NCBI RefSeq assembly: GCF_009914755.1
Contig: NC_060944.1
DNA: 64,000 nucleotides
Direction: 5' to 3' (one strand)
Source: the human T2T-CHM13v2.0 reference genome, Homo sapiens
This document shows, piece by piece, positions 17,786-29,351 of this stretch. Within the stretch, counting starts at the first letter, position 1. Each line of letters begins with the position of its first letter. A program made the position numbers and the translations under genes. Under the pieces are notes generated by a model that was not told where the DNA came from, searched no databases, and saw only the letters and a list, made by a program, of their open reading frames with translations.

Positions 17786-18482
17786 CCAAATATGGAGAGA
17801 CTGTGGATCAACAAGATCATCTCAAACTAATACAGGAGGTGAGAGTTTAAATTAGAACAACCACTTTGGAAAGCAATTTGGATTATCTTATAAGTTTGAG
17901 CATTCTCATATGTTATGGCAAAGTAATTCCTCTACCATAGGCCCTGGAGAAACTCTTGCCCATATGTACCAGAGGTAGTAAAAAAAAAAAAACGCTCATG
18001 TAATTCCATTCATAATAGCGAATATATGGAAACAAGCCAGATTTTCATTAATAGGAGAATGGGTAAATTAATAGGATAATGGGTAAATAAATTATACCCT
18101 TAAAAACTAAATAATATATCATTTAAGGTAATCATATGTATGAAATAAACAATGTTTTTTTTTTAAAGGAAGAGAATCCTAAACATAAATTCAGGGTAGT
18201 AGTTACCCTCGGGCTGAAGGGTGAAAATCAGGAAAAAGGACAGAGGAGGAGCAGATGTTAGGGTCAGAACCCTGGTTCTTTGGTTGTGTTGTAAGTTCAC
18301 AAGTGATTACCATATTATTCAAATACATTTACACAGAGGCCCAGGCACAGACAAGGATGAAATAGGAGCCAAGGTATGCTATGAGCCAAGGATTATGAGT
18401 AATCCAATTTTGTGCACTTTAAGCCATTTGAAAAACAGAAAAGCAAAACAACAAAATAATTTTTAAGAAATTGAATATAGGG

Positions 18483-18868
18483 TGTTATGCTCTGAATGTG
18501 TCCCCCTAAAATTAATCACCAATGTCATAAGATTAGGAAGTAGGGCTTTAAGGTAGTGATTCAGTCATGAAGGGAGAGTGTTCACGAATGAGTTTAGGAT
18601 CCTTACACAAGGACTGGATGGAGTGGGCTTCCCCTGTTTTGCCCTTCCACCTTCTGCCATGTGAGGACACAGTGCATCTCCTCCTGAAGACACAGTGCAC
18701 AAGATACCATCTTGGATGCAGAGACCAGACCCTCACCAGACACCAATCCTGCTGGCACCTTGATCTTGGACTTCTAGCCTATGGAACTGTGAGAAATACA
18801 TTTCTGTTCTTCAGAAATTACCCAGCCTAGTGTATTTTCTATATAGTAGTACAAACTCATTAAGGCAC
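18483..18868 (+). mobile_element. MaLR solo LTR (MST/MLT1-like)
   Basis: tgttatgctctgaatgtgtcccc ... ccctcaccagacaccaatcctgctggcaccttgatcttggacttc ... gaactgtgagaaataca. Confidence 0.85.
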
Positions 18869-21021
18869 AATTCCTCTTGTCATTTTCTTCTACAATTTTC
18901 TTTGTTGCCTCTTTAGCACTGGGTCATTTTATATTTGATCCTTCATAATATCTCTTACTTTCGGTTTTTCACATTTCTGTTCCAAATGTATTCTTAGATA
19001 CATATTTTCCACTATTAGCCTCAGGGTTTGCCTGGGAGTGTGTGTTTCTGTGCCACCGCTGTAGGACTGTGTGTGTGTGTGTGTCTCCCATTCTCTCTTC
19101 TCTCTCTGTCTCTCACCCTCTGTGTGTTTCTTTCCCTCTCTCTGTCGGTCTGTGTGTGTGTGTTTGTGTGCGTATGCCCGTGTGCGTGTGTGTCTTTGGA
19201 CGAATGTGCTCTGTTCGCCAAAATGCAATTTTTTGCATGTTGGCCAGTCTTTGGTGAGCCTCTTTCTGCATCTCTGCCTGGGTCCTGTGGCCGGTTGTCC
19301 ATCGTTTTCACGGCGGTTCCACTTTGGGTTTGTGAAGGCCTTGATCACTTGAGGAGACGCGTCGGTCCCAGAGCAATCAAAGTCTCATCCGCATCCTGAG
19401 CGGCTTCTTTTCTAGGATCAAGAGGACCACACTCCAGCCCAGGACAAAACCCCACAGCAGCTCATTGTCCGGCAGGAGAGGAGAAGACCCACCTCCAAGA
19501 AGATGGTTGTACCCCTGCACGGCTCTTCTCTGAGCAATGAAGCCACACCACCATACAATTCTGAAGAGGAAGCCGGGAATGGGAGACGGCAACAATCCCT
19601 GTCCCTGGAAGGCTGGCCTCTCTGGACAAGTCACGCGTTTCGCACCCCTCCCCTTATGCCCGTGGCAGTGGCAAGGTTCTGTAACCTGCCTGGGCTCTGG
19701 CCTCTGCTCTGTCCTCCCTCTTGCCCGGTCTCCCCTGTTTCTGAGGGGACTAGTTGCCTCTTGGTCTGGCTGAATAACTTCTACGAAGATCGCTTCCCAG
19801 TCCATCAGGGAGACACTTCCTGTAGATCCTTGTCATGACTCCTTCTCTCTCCAAACCTGTTTCTGCTGGATTGGGCAGGTCTGATGAGCCTGGAACACTT
19901 GGCTTCCACACGTGTCTCAGACAGAGAAGCTTCCTTAGTCTCCTTGTTTCACCTCATGGGTGGGTGGATTGTCTAGAATGAGTGCTAGGCGATCATGACT
20001 GGCCTTGTCTTCTAGGACAGATGGTGTCCCATTACCTCTGCACGTCCTGTCTCACAAATGAGGGATATCCTCTCCTCTGCTCGTAGGTGGACTGACTCCC
20101 TGAATCTTTTTTCTGTAACGAATGTCATGAAACCAAAGGAACAGGGCTGGGCCTGGGGATGGGGTTGCGGCTGGGTGCAGGGGAGGTTGCGTCAGGGCTA
20201 CCTGGGCGGTGGAGGCTTCGGGGTGGGGTGAATGTTGCAGAGAACTCCTTGCTCCTCTGGCAGGCATTTCAAAATGTGGCTTGGACTGAGGCACAGGCCT
20301 CCTCCTTGTTCGCAGGTGTTCTTTGATTTTCCTTGGCATTCAGGGAAAAGCCACTTGATCCGCCTTTCCACCAGGCACATGCGTGGACACTAATGTTGGT
20401 TTCATCATTGCAACATATGCCTCCGGTGACATACATTCACACCATCTGCTGTGGGATACGCCAGTGCCACGCGTGATCGCATTGTCTCCACCTCGGATTC
20501 TCACCGACCCTGTTTGCACCTGTCCTGGAAAGCGGTGTCTGCTGGCAGGAGCCCCACGGCTTTTAGAAGTGGGGCACACCACTGCTCTTTCAACGGAGGA
20601 GGGAGGCAGAGGGCTCACTGATCAGTGAACATTTAGCTGACACCACGCCTTGAGGGCCATGGGATCATTCTGTGCAGCAGCGAGGCCCTGCCTGCCTCAC
20701 CAGATGTGCTGAGCCCTTCCTTTCTAACCAGGAGGGGTCCAAACTAAGATCTGAAGAGGATTCCTGAGAAGCCAGCAGGCGCCTTGAAGCTCCCCCTCCA
20801 TCAGTGGAAGTCGGCTCAAGGAGGTCCTGAAGACTGGACTCCTGGGGGTTTGGCCCTGGGACAGGATACTCAAGGCCCCTTCTCCCACGCCGCCACAAAC
20901 TGGACCCCCGAACCAGCCGCCGCCGTGGCAGCAGCAGGAGCCTCGCCGCCACCACGGAGCAGTGGCGTTATTGAAAGGGGACGCAGCCTAACTGCCAGGA
21001 GGGAAGCGCGAGTCGGCCCAG

Positions 21022-21036
21022 CCAATGCGCATGCGC
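21022..21036. promoter_or_regulatory. CCAAT box overlapping an NRF1 motif (unit 1)
   Basis: ccaatgcgcatgcgc in CpG-rich context. Confidence 0.6.
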
Positions 21037-21467
21037 GAGGCGCGAGCGGCTTCTCCCATTACAGTGGTTCCCACGGTTGTCTTAGAAACAAGTCCTCGAG
21101 GCTTGGCAAAGCGGGAGCCTTCCGCGGCAGAGCTTGGGTGTCCGGGCTCTGAGGCTCCGGTCTGACCTCTCCACGGGGTCGACGGGAATGTCTCCGGATG
21201 CCAGGAGTTGCAAAGGGCAGACCTAGATGAGGAAACCCCAGGCAGAGTCCTGGGGAAGCAGCACGGCATCCGAGCCTCAGGCTTGCCTGGACGGTGTTGG
21301 TTGGGGTGAGTCTCCTCAAAAGTCGTGCCGCAGCCGTGATCTCGAGGACAGGTCGGCCTGCATGCCCCTGGGCTGCTCTGTCAACCGAGGGTCGCTTTCT
21401 TTGAGAGCAGAACCACGCAGCCTCATGGGTTGCCTGGGGTTGTGTGTTTCAATGCTTCTGCTCTAGG

Positions 21468-21503
<36 letters not shown>

Positions 21504-23277
21504 GGTGTGTGTCTGTATGTGTGTCTCCCATGATCTCTTCTCTCTCTGTCTCTCAGTCTCTGTGTGTTTCTTTCCCTCTCTCTATTGGTTTGTGTGTGTG
21601 TGCCCGTCTGCTTGTGTGTCTTTGGACAAATGTGCCCTGTGCGCCACAAAGCGGTTTCTCGCATGGCGGCCTGTCTTTGGTGAGCCTCTTTCTGGGTCTC
21701 TGCCTGGGTTATGAGGCTGGTTGTAAATTGTTTTCACTGTCGCGGAACCGCTTTGGGTGTGTGAAGACCTGGCCCACGTGAGGAGATGCGACGGTCCCGG
21801 AGCAATTGAAATCTCATCCCAATCCTCAGTGGCCTCTTTTCTAGCATCAAGATGAAAACACAGCAACCGAGGACAAGAGCCTCACAGGAGCTCTTTTTCC
21901 CACAGGACAGCAGCTGACCCAGGTGAGAGAAGATGCTTGTATCTTTTCACGGCTTTTGTCTGAGAAATGAAGCCACACCACGATACAGTCTGCAAGAGGA
22001 AGCTGGGAATGGGAGATGGCAACAATCGCTGTCATTGGAACGCTGGCCTCTCTGGACAAGCCACCCTTTTGGAACCCCTCCCCTTATGCCCATTGCGGTG
22101 GCACGGTGCTGTACCCTGCCTGGGCTACAGCCTCTACTCTGTTGTCACACTCGCTGTGCCTCCCCTGTTTCTCAGAGGCCTAGATGGCTCTCGCTCTGGC
22201 CAAATTTCTTCAACAAAGATGACTTCCCAGTCCGTCAGGGAGACACTACCTGGAGATCCATGTTATGATTGTTTCTCTCTCCAAACGTGTTTCAGCTGGA
22301 TTCCGCAGGTCTAATGACCCTGGAGCTCTGGGTGTCCATACATGTCTCAGGCAGGGAAGCTTCCTTCTTCTCCAGGTTTCCTCTCATGGGTGGGGCTGTG
22401 GCTGGGGCTGGGGCTGGGTGCAGCCGAAGTTGCTTCAGGGCTACCAGGGCGGTGGAGGTTTGGGGGTGGGGCGAATTTTGCAGAAACCTCTTTGCTCCTC
22501 TGCTAGGCATTTGAAAACGTGGCTTGGGTCAGGCACAGGCGCCCCCACCCCCCGGGTCCCAGGTGTTCTTAGATTTTCCTTGGCATTGATGGAAAGGTCA
22601 CTCGTTCCCCACTTCCGCCGGCACATGCCTGGACACCACCATTTGTTTCGCCGTCGCCCCGTATGCCTCCGGTGACACACATTCACACCATCTGCTGTGG
22701 GATACGCCAGTGCCACGCGTGGTCACATGGTCTGCACCTGGCATTCGCCACTGTTCCTGTTTGCACGAGCCCTGTAAAGCGCGGTCGGCTTTCCGGAGCC
22801 CCAGGGCTTTTAGAAGAGGGGTAGGCCACTGCTCTTTCAAAGGAGGAGGGAGGCAGAGGGCTGAAGGATCAGTGAATTTGCAGCTGACACTAGGCCTCGA
22901 GACCTATGGGATCATTCTTTGCTGCAGCGAGGCCCTGCCTGCCTCAGCAGATGTGGCGAGCCCATCCTATCTCACTCGGTGGGGGCCAAAATGGGATCTG
23001 AAGGGGTGTCCTGAGAACACAGCAGGCGTCCTGAAGCTCCCCCTCCCTCCCTCGGTGGAAGTCAGCTCAAGGAGTTCCTGAGGACAGGACTCCTGGGGGT
23101 TTGGCCCTGGGACAGGACAAGACACCCGCGGTCCCCTCTCCCACGCTGCCCCAAACTGGAGGCCGGATCCAGCCGCCGCCGCGCCTGCAGCTGGAGCCTC
23201 GCTGCCGCCGCGCTGCGGTGGCGTTCTTTAAAGGGGACCCAGCCTGACTGCCAGGAGCAGAGTTGGAGTCGGGCCAG

Positions 23278-23292
23278 CCAATGCGCATGCGC
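23278..23292. promoter_or_regulatory. CCAAT box overlapping an NRF1 motif (unit 2)
   Basis: ccaatgcgcatgcgc. Confidence 0.6.
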
Positions 23293-23806
23293 GAGGCGGG
23301 AGCGGCTTCTCCCGTCACAGTGGTTCCCACGGTTGTCTTAGAAAGCAGTCCTCGAGGCATGGCAAAGTAGGAGCCCTCCATGGCAGTGCTTGAGTGTCGG
23401 GGCTCTGAGTCTCCGGCCTGACCTCTCCACGTGGTCGACGGGAACGTCCCCAGATGCCAGGATTCGCAAAGGGCTGACCAGGATGGCGAAACCTTAGGCG
23501 GAGTCCGGGGAAAGCAGCACGGCATCCCAGCCTCAGGCCTGCCCGGACGGTGTTGGTTGGGGTGAGTCTCTCCAAAAGTAGTGCCGCCGTGATCTCGAGG
23601 ACATGTAGGCCTGCGTGCCCATGGGGTGGTCTCTCACCCGAGGGTCGTTCTCGTCGAGAGCACAACCCCGAAGCCTCAGGTGTTGCCTGGGGGTGTGTGT
23701 TTCAATGCCTCTGCTCTAGGACTCTGTGTGTGTCTCTGTGTCTGTGTGTGTGTGTGTGTGTGAGTGTGTGTGTCTATGTGTGTGTCTCCCATTCTCTCTT
23801 CTCTCT

Positions 23807-24181
23807 CTATCTCTCAGTGTCTGTGTGTTTCTTTCCCTCTCTCAGTGTTTTGTGTGTGTTTGCCCGTGTGCGTGTGTGTCTTTGCCGAATGTGCCCTGTG
23901 CGCCACAAAGCGGTTTCTCGCAGGGCGGCCTGTCTTTGGTGACCCTCTTTCTGCGTCTCTGCCTGGGTCATGAGTCCGGTTGTCAATCTTTTTCGCCGCC
24001 GCGGATCCGCTTTGGGTGTGTGAAGGCCTGGCCCACTTGAGGAGATGCGTTGGTCACGGAGCAAATGAAATCTCATTCCCATCCTGAGCGGCCAGTTTCC
24101 TAGGATCAAGATGAACACACTGCAGCTGAAGACAAGAGCCCCACAGGGGCTCTTTGTCCTGCAGGAGAGCAGCGGACCCAC
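23807..24181 (-). pseudogene. FAM27E/FAM27D1-like ORF remnant (probably non-coding); paralogous remnants at 18929-19348 and 21449-21664
   Basis: Peptide recalled as FAM27-family (RISS.GPGLHTPKA.PRRRK.LTTGLMTQAE.QK..HQRQAA.RETALWRTGHI). The frame is broken differently in each unit. Confidence 0.65.
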
Positions 24182-27100
24182 GTCAGAGAAGATGCTGGTA
24201 TCTTTTCACGGCTCTTTTCTGAGAAATGAAGCCACACCACCATACGGTCTGCAAGAGGAAGCCGGGAATGGGAGATGGCAACAGTCCCTGTCACTGGAAC
24301 GCTGGCCTCTCTGGACAAGCCATCCCTTTGGAACCCCTCCCCTTATGACCGTGGCGGTGGCACGGTGCTTTACCCTGCCTGGGCTCCGGCCTCTGCTCTG
24401 TCTTCCCTCTTGCTCTGCCTCCCCTGTTTCTCAGGGACCTGGATGCATCTCGCTCTGGCCAAATGTCTTCAACAAAGATGACTTCCCAGTCCGTCAGGGT
24501 GACATTTCCTGGAGATCCGTGTCCTGAATGTTTCTCTCTCCAAACGTGTTTCTCCTGGATTCCGCAGGTCTCATGACCCTGGAGCTCTTGGCTTCCATAT
24601 GTGTCTCAGGCAGGGAAGCTTCCTTCTTCTCCACGTTTTCCCTCATGGGTGGGTGGATTGCCTAGAAGGAGCGCTAGGCGACAGTGACTGGCCTTGTCTT
24701 CCAGGACAGGTGGTGTCGCATTTCCTCTGCACTTCCTGTCTCATTTTTGAGGGACATCCTCTCCTCTGCTCCTGGGTGAACTGACTCCCTTGATCTTCTG
24801 GCCGAAACGAATGTCAGGGAACCAAAGGGACTGGGCTGGGGCAGGGGCTGGGGTTGGGGCTGGGGGCAGCCTAAGTTGTGTCAGGGATACCAGGGCGGTG
24901 TAGGGTTGGAGGTGGGGCGAATTTTGCAGAAACCTCTTTGCTCCTCTGGTAGGCATTTGAAAACGTGGCTTGGGTCAGGCACAGGCCCCCCCCCCACCCC
25001 CCGGTTCCCAGGTATTCTTCAATTTTCCTTGGCATTGAGGGAAAGGCCACTCGTTCCCCTCTTCCCCCGGCACATGCATGGAGAACACCGTTTGTTTCGC
25101 GTCGCCCCGTATGCCTCCGGTGACACACATTCACACCATCTTCTGTGGGATACGCCAGTGCCATGCATGGTCACATTGTCTCCACCTCGGATTCGCCCTT
25201 GTTCCTGTTTGTAGGTGTCCTGTAAAGGGCGGTTGGCTTTCCGGAGCCCCAGGGCTTTTAGAAGCGGGGCAGGCCACTGCTCTTTCAAAGGAGGAGGGAG
25301 GCAGAGGGCTGAGGGATCAGTGAATTTGCAGCTGACACTAGGTCTTGAGACCTATGGGATCATTCTGTGCTGCAGCGAGGCGCTGCCTGCCTCACCAGAT
25401 GTGGTGAGCCCATCCTATCTCACTCGGCGGGGGCCAAAATCGGATCTGAAGGGGAGTCCCGAGAACCCAGCAGGTGTCCTGAAGCTCTCCCTCCCTTGGT
25501 GAGAATTGGCTCAAGGAAGTCCTGAGGACAGGACTCCTGGGGGTTTCACCCTGGGACAGGACACTGGCCACACCCTCTACCGGGCCGCTGCAAACTTTAC
25601 CCCGGATCCAGTCGCTGCCGAGGCTGCAACAGGAGCCCATCTGCTACCGCACAGTAGCCATTGTTGAAAGGGGCAGCTGCCTGCCGTCCAGCACCGGAGC
25701 TTTAGTCGGCCCAGCCAGTGTGCCTCCACGTGGCTCTAGCTGATTGTCTCGTCACAGTGATTTCCACTGTTGTCTTAATATCCAGTCCCTTAATTTTGGC
25801 ATAGCAGGAGTTCTCCATGACTGTGCTTTGGTGAAGGGGCTTAATGCCTCCGCTGTCTTGCAGGAGTTTTAATACCCCTCCCATCCTGTGCTGTCTCCTT
25901 GCTAGGATCAAGACGACTGCAAACCAGCCAAGGACAAAGGCCTCACAGGTGCTCATTGTCCACCCACAGGCGTGTGCCCACAGACCTTCAAGAAGATGGT
26001 TCTCACTCCTCTCGCCCTTTGCCCTCATTGAGAAAGCTACCCACAGCTATACACTGGGACGGAGAAGGAAGCTGGCTACAAGATGGGGCAAGCATGTCTG
26101 TCACTCAAACGCTGGCCTTCCTCGCCAAGTCACCCATTTGGCACATTTTCCCGGATGCCCGTGATAGTGGCATTGTGCTGTGGCATTGGCCTCTGCTCTG
26201 TCCTCCCTCTTGTTCTGTCTGCCCAGTTCCTGTGAAGCCTAGAGGTTTCTTAGTCTGGCTCAATGTCTTCAACAAAGAACACTTCCCAGTCCATTAGGGA
26301 GAAATTTCGCTGGGCTCCCTTTTATGATTGCTTCCCTCCCCAAACCTGTTTCTGGATGATAGGTTGTCATGATCCTGGAGTTCTGGGCTTCCATACCTGT
26401 CTTGGACAGGAAAGCTCCCTTTGTCTGCATGTCCCAAGTGATGGCTTCGTGGTCCATCAAGGAAGAGCGGGAGGCAACCCCACTGTGGCTGACCTTCGTC
26501 TTCTAGAAAAGTTAGTGTTGCATCCCACCTGCCCTTCCTCTCTCATTCCTGAGGGCCATCCCGTTCCTCTGCTCCTGGGGAAAGTGCCTCCAAGCACTGA
26601 ATCTTTTGGCTGCCACGGATGTCAGGGAGCCAAAGGGACTGGGTTTTGCTGGGTGCAGAGGAGGTGGCATCAGGGGTACCTACAGGTGGCAGGATGTCGG
26701 TGTGGTGTCGTTTGTCGAAACCTCTTGGCCCCTCTGGCAGTCATCCCTGAATGTGGCTTGGACTCAGGCACAGGCCCTGTCTCACAGGTTTTCTAGTGTG
26801 CTTGGCTTTTCCTTGGCTTTGTGTGGGAGGTCCCAGTGACCCACCTGCACACACCTGGACATCACTATCCGTCTCAGCATCGCCCCATATGGCCTCAAAG
26901 ACACACACTGACTCCATCTGCTCTTGGGGAACATTAGTGCCACGTGTGGTCACATTGGCTCCATCTCGGACTCACCTCTGTCTCTCCTTGCACATGCTGC
27001 GGAAAGCAGTGTCGGGATGCCAGAGCCCCGAACCTTGGAGATGAAGTCAGGCCACTGCTCCACCTAGGAAGGAGGGAGGCAGTGGGCTCATGGGTCAGTG

Positions 27101-27433
27101 CATTTTCAGCTGACAGTTCGCCTTGCAGCCCTTAGGATCTTTCTGTGCCCCAGCGAGACCCTTCCCGCCTCACTGCATTGTAACCCCATTCCTGATCACC
27201 CAGTGGGATCCATAGTCAGGTCGAAGAGGATTCCAGAGAGCCCAGCCACACCCTGAAGCTCCTCCTCCACCGGCAACCAAAGCAGAAGACCGATCAAGAA
27301 GGTCCTGATGACAGGACCTCTATGGGTACAACCCTTGGGTCTCCCGCAGGACCCTCTCGTAGTCCTCTTCCCACCCGCCGCCTCGGACTGCGCTGCTGCT
27401 GCCACCGCTGCCCCAGTCCCCTCAGCCGCGCGT

Positions 27434-27511
27434 CGCCGCCATTTTTTAAAGGATCTGCCGCCGGACTCTCCGGAGCAAGCGGGGATTCAGTCTCGCCAGT
27501 GCGCATGCGCA
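27434..27511. promoter_or_regulatory. YY1 motif plus perfect NRF1 palindrome in a CpG island (unit 4)
   Basis: CGCCGCCATTTT at 27434-27445 and TGCGCATGCGCA at 27500-27511. Confidence 0.65.
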
Positions 27512-27869
27512 AGGCCTGAGCCTCCGCTTTGGTCGTAGTGATTGCCACTGTTGCCCGTGGATGGGTCCCCGAGACTTTGCGAAGTAGGAGCCCCGTGTGA
27601 TAGTGCGTCAGAGTTGGGTCTGAGAGCAGTCCTGGCCAAGGCATTAACAGGATCGTCTCCAGAGCCTGGGATTCTCGGAGGGTTGACCACCAGGAAGAAA
27701 CCTCAGAAGGAAGAAACCTCAGAAGGTAGAAACCTCAGGCGGATCGCCGGGGCGGCAGCGCGAGATCCCAGCCTCAGGCCCGGATTCGGGGAGGTTCGAC
27801 GAGGCCCCTTTCCCAATCTTCACTTCACCCGCCGCAGCACCAGTCCCCGCAGCTACCGCTCCGCGGTCA

Positions 27870-28015
27870 TTTTTCTTTTCTTTCTTTCTTTCTTTTTTTT
27901 ATAGTCGGAATCTCACTCTGTCACTCAGTGGAGTGCAGTGGCGGGATCTCAGCTGACTGCAAACTCTGCCGCCCAGGTTCAAGTGATTCTCTTGCCTCCA
28001 CCTCCCGAGTACCTG
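27870..28015 (-). mobile_element. Alu right-arm fragment within the array
   Basis: T-rich tail, gaatctcactctgtc ... gcccaggttcaagtgattctcttgcctc. Confidence 0.8.
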
Positions 28016-29351
28016 GTACTAGAGGGATTAGTCAGAGTCGGGGCTAAGACCAGTCCTGGCCAGGGCATCAACAGGATAGTCTCTGGAGGCCGGGATTCAC
28101 GGAGGGTCGTCCAGGAGGAAGAAACTGCAGGTGGAGGGCCGGGCAAGCAGCGCAGGATCCCAGGTTCAGGCCTGCACGGACGGTGTGCCAGTGAGTCTCT
28201 TCAAAAAAGGAGAGGTTTGCTTGTGTGCCCGTGGGCTGCTCTCTCACCAGTGGGTTGTTGTCATGGAGAGCAGAACCCTGAAAATTCAGGGGCTGCCTGC
28301 GTGTAGGTGTTACCGTGCCACTGCTGTATGTCTTTGTGCGTTTGTGTGTGTGCGTATGTCTCTCTCTTGTTTCTCTCTCTCCCCTTTCTCACTCTTTTGC
28401 TCTGTGTCCCTGTGTGCATGTGTGTGTGTGTTGGGACATATGTGCCCTGTGCGCCAGAGGACGGTATCTTCTATGTCCGCCTTTCTTGTGGTCAGCCTCT
28501 CCCCGCGTCTCTGCCTGGCTTGTGTGGCCCGTTGTCAGTCATTTTTCTGGCGGTTCCAGTTTAGGTTTGTGAAGGTCCAGATGAGGTGAGGAGCTGCGTC
28601 TCTCTCATAAGAATTTAAATCACCTCCCCACCCTGAGAGGCCTCTTTTCCAGGATAAAGGCCTCCACCCCCAAGCCAAGGATAATAGCCTCACCGGAGAG
28701 GTCATTGTCTACCTGCAGGAGCAGTGCAGAGCGACCTGAAAGAAGGTGGTTCTCATTCATCTCTCTCTTTCATCTCCTTGAGAAATCTAGCCACAGGGTA
28801 ACACAGGTTTTGAGAGGATGGGAACGGGACGTGGCAAGGATCTGTGAGTGTGCAGGCTGTGTTTCACATATCATTAAACATAGTCCAGTGAGGGTTCTGC
28901 AGATAACTGGCGTTTAAGTTTGTTTTATTGAATCAAGGAAAAAGAAAAAATACTGAGAAAAAAATGACGCAACTTGCCTGCCAGCCCATCTGACTGTTAC
29001 AAATTTAATAGTAGTTTTTATTTATCTTCTCATGTAAAGGTCCTTGGCAGTGATACCTAATTTCCTAAGATAGCCTTGCTTTATATTGTGTGATTAAGAT
29101 GTCATGCATATCAGAGTATCTGGAAATTCTTCTCAACGTCCTTTACATACGTGATTAATCACATTTCCAAAATAACATACCAAAATGAATAACAGAAAAT
29201 CATTTTAAGTTGTGGTTCCTTCATGCACAAAACATTTCATGTGTGTCTGGCACTCTTCCGGCCACAGATTTCATCTTAACCTAAGTATTGAAATGCTTGT
29301 GCCCTTTGATTAATTTTTCTATGTAAATACTTTGATAATAAGCTACACTGA

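Larger units (their letters stand above)
14430..18330 (+). mobile_element. Old L1M (ORF2/3' region) interrupted by an Alu (14910-15176) and THE1
   Basis: L1M-like motifs (ttataaagctacagcaattaagacagtgtggt; aacctcattagtaatcagggaaatgca; aaccactttggaaagcaatttgg) continue on both sides of the insertions. Confidence 0.7.
19018..28900. repeat. CpG-rich tandem array of ~2.2-2.4-kb FAM27-type units (three near-complete, one diverged/deleted, one partial)
   Basis: The anchor cctca(g/t)g..ttgcctggg..tgtg plus (TG)n recurs at ~19018, 21421, 23674 and 28284. Internal anchors (ctaggatcaag, aatgaagccacaccac, cagctgacac, ggactcctgggggttt) recur in register. Minus-strand ORFs (e.g. 23807-24181 LLRDQRISSSGPGLHTPKADPRRRKRLTTGLMTQAE) match FAM27E/FAM27D1 predicted peptides as I recall them. 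Confidence 0.9.

Noticed and set aside
19503-24527. Repeated plus-strand ORFs (NEATP...LWTSHPFGTPPLM) in each array unit as a gene family
   Set aside because: Similarity is explained by DNA-level tandem duplication; starts and stops differ between units and no domain is recognisable.
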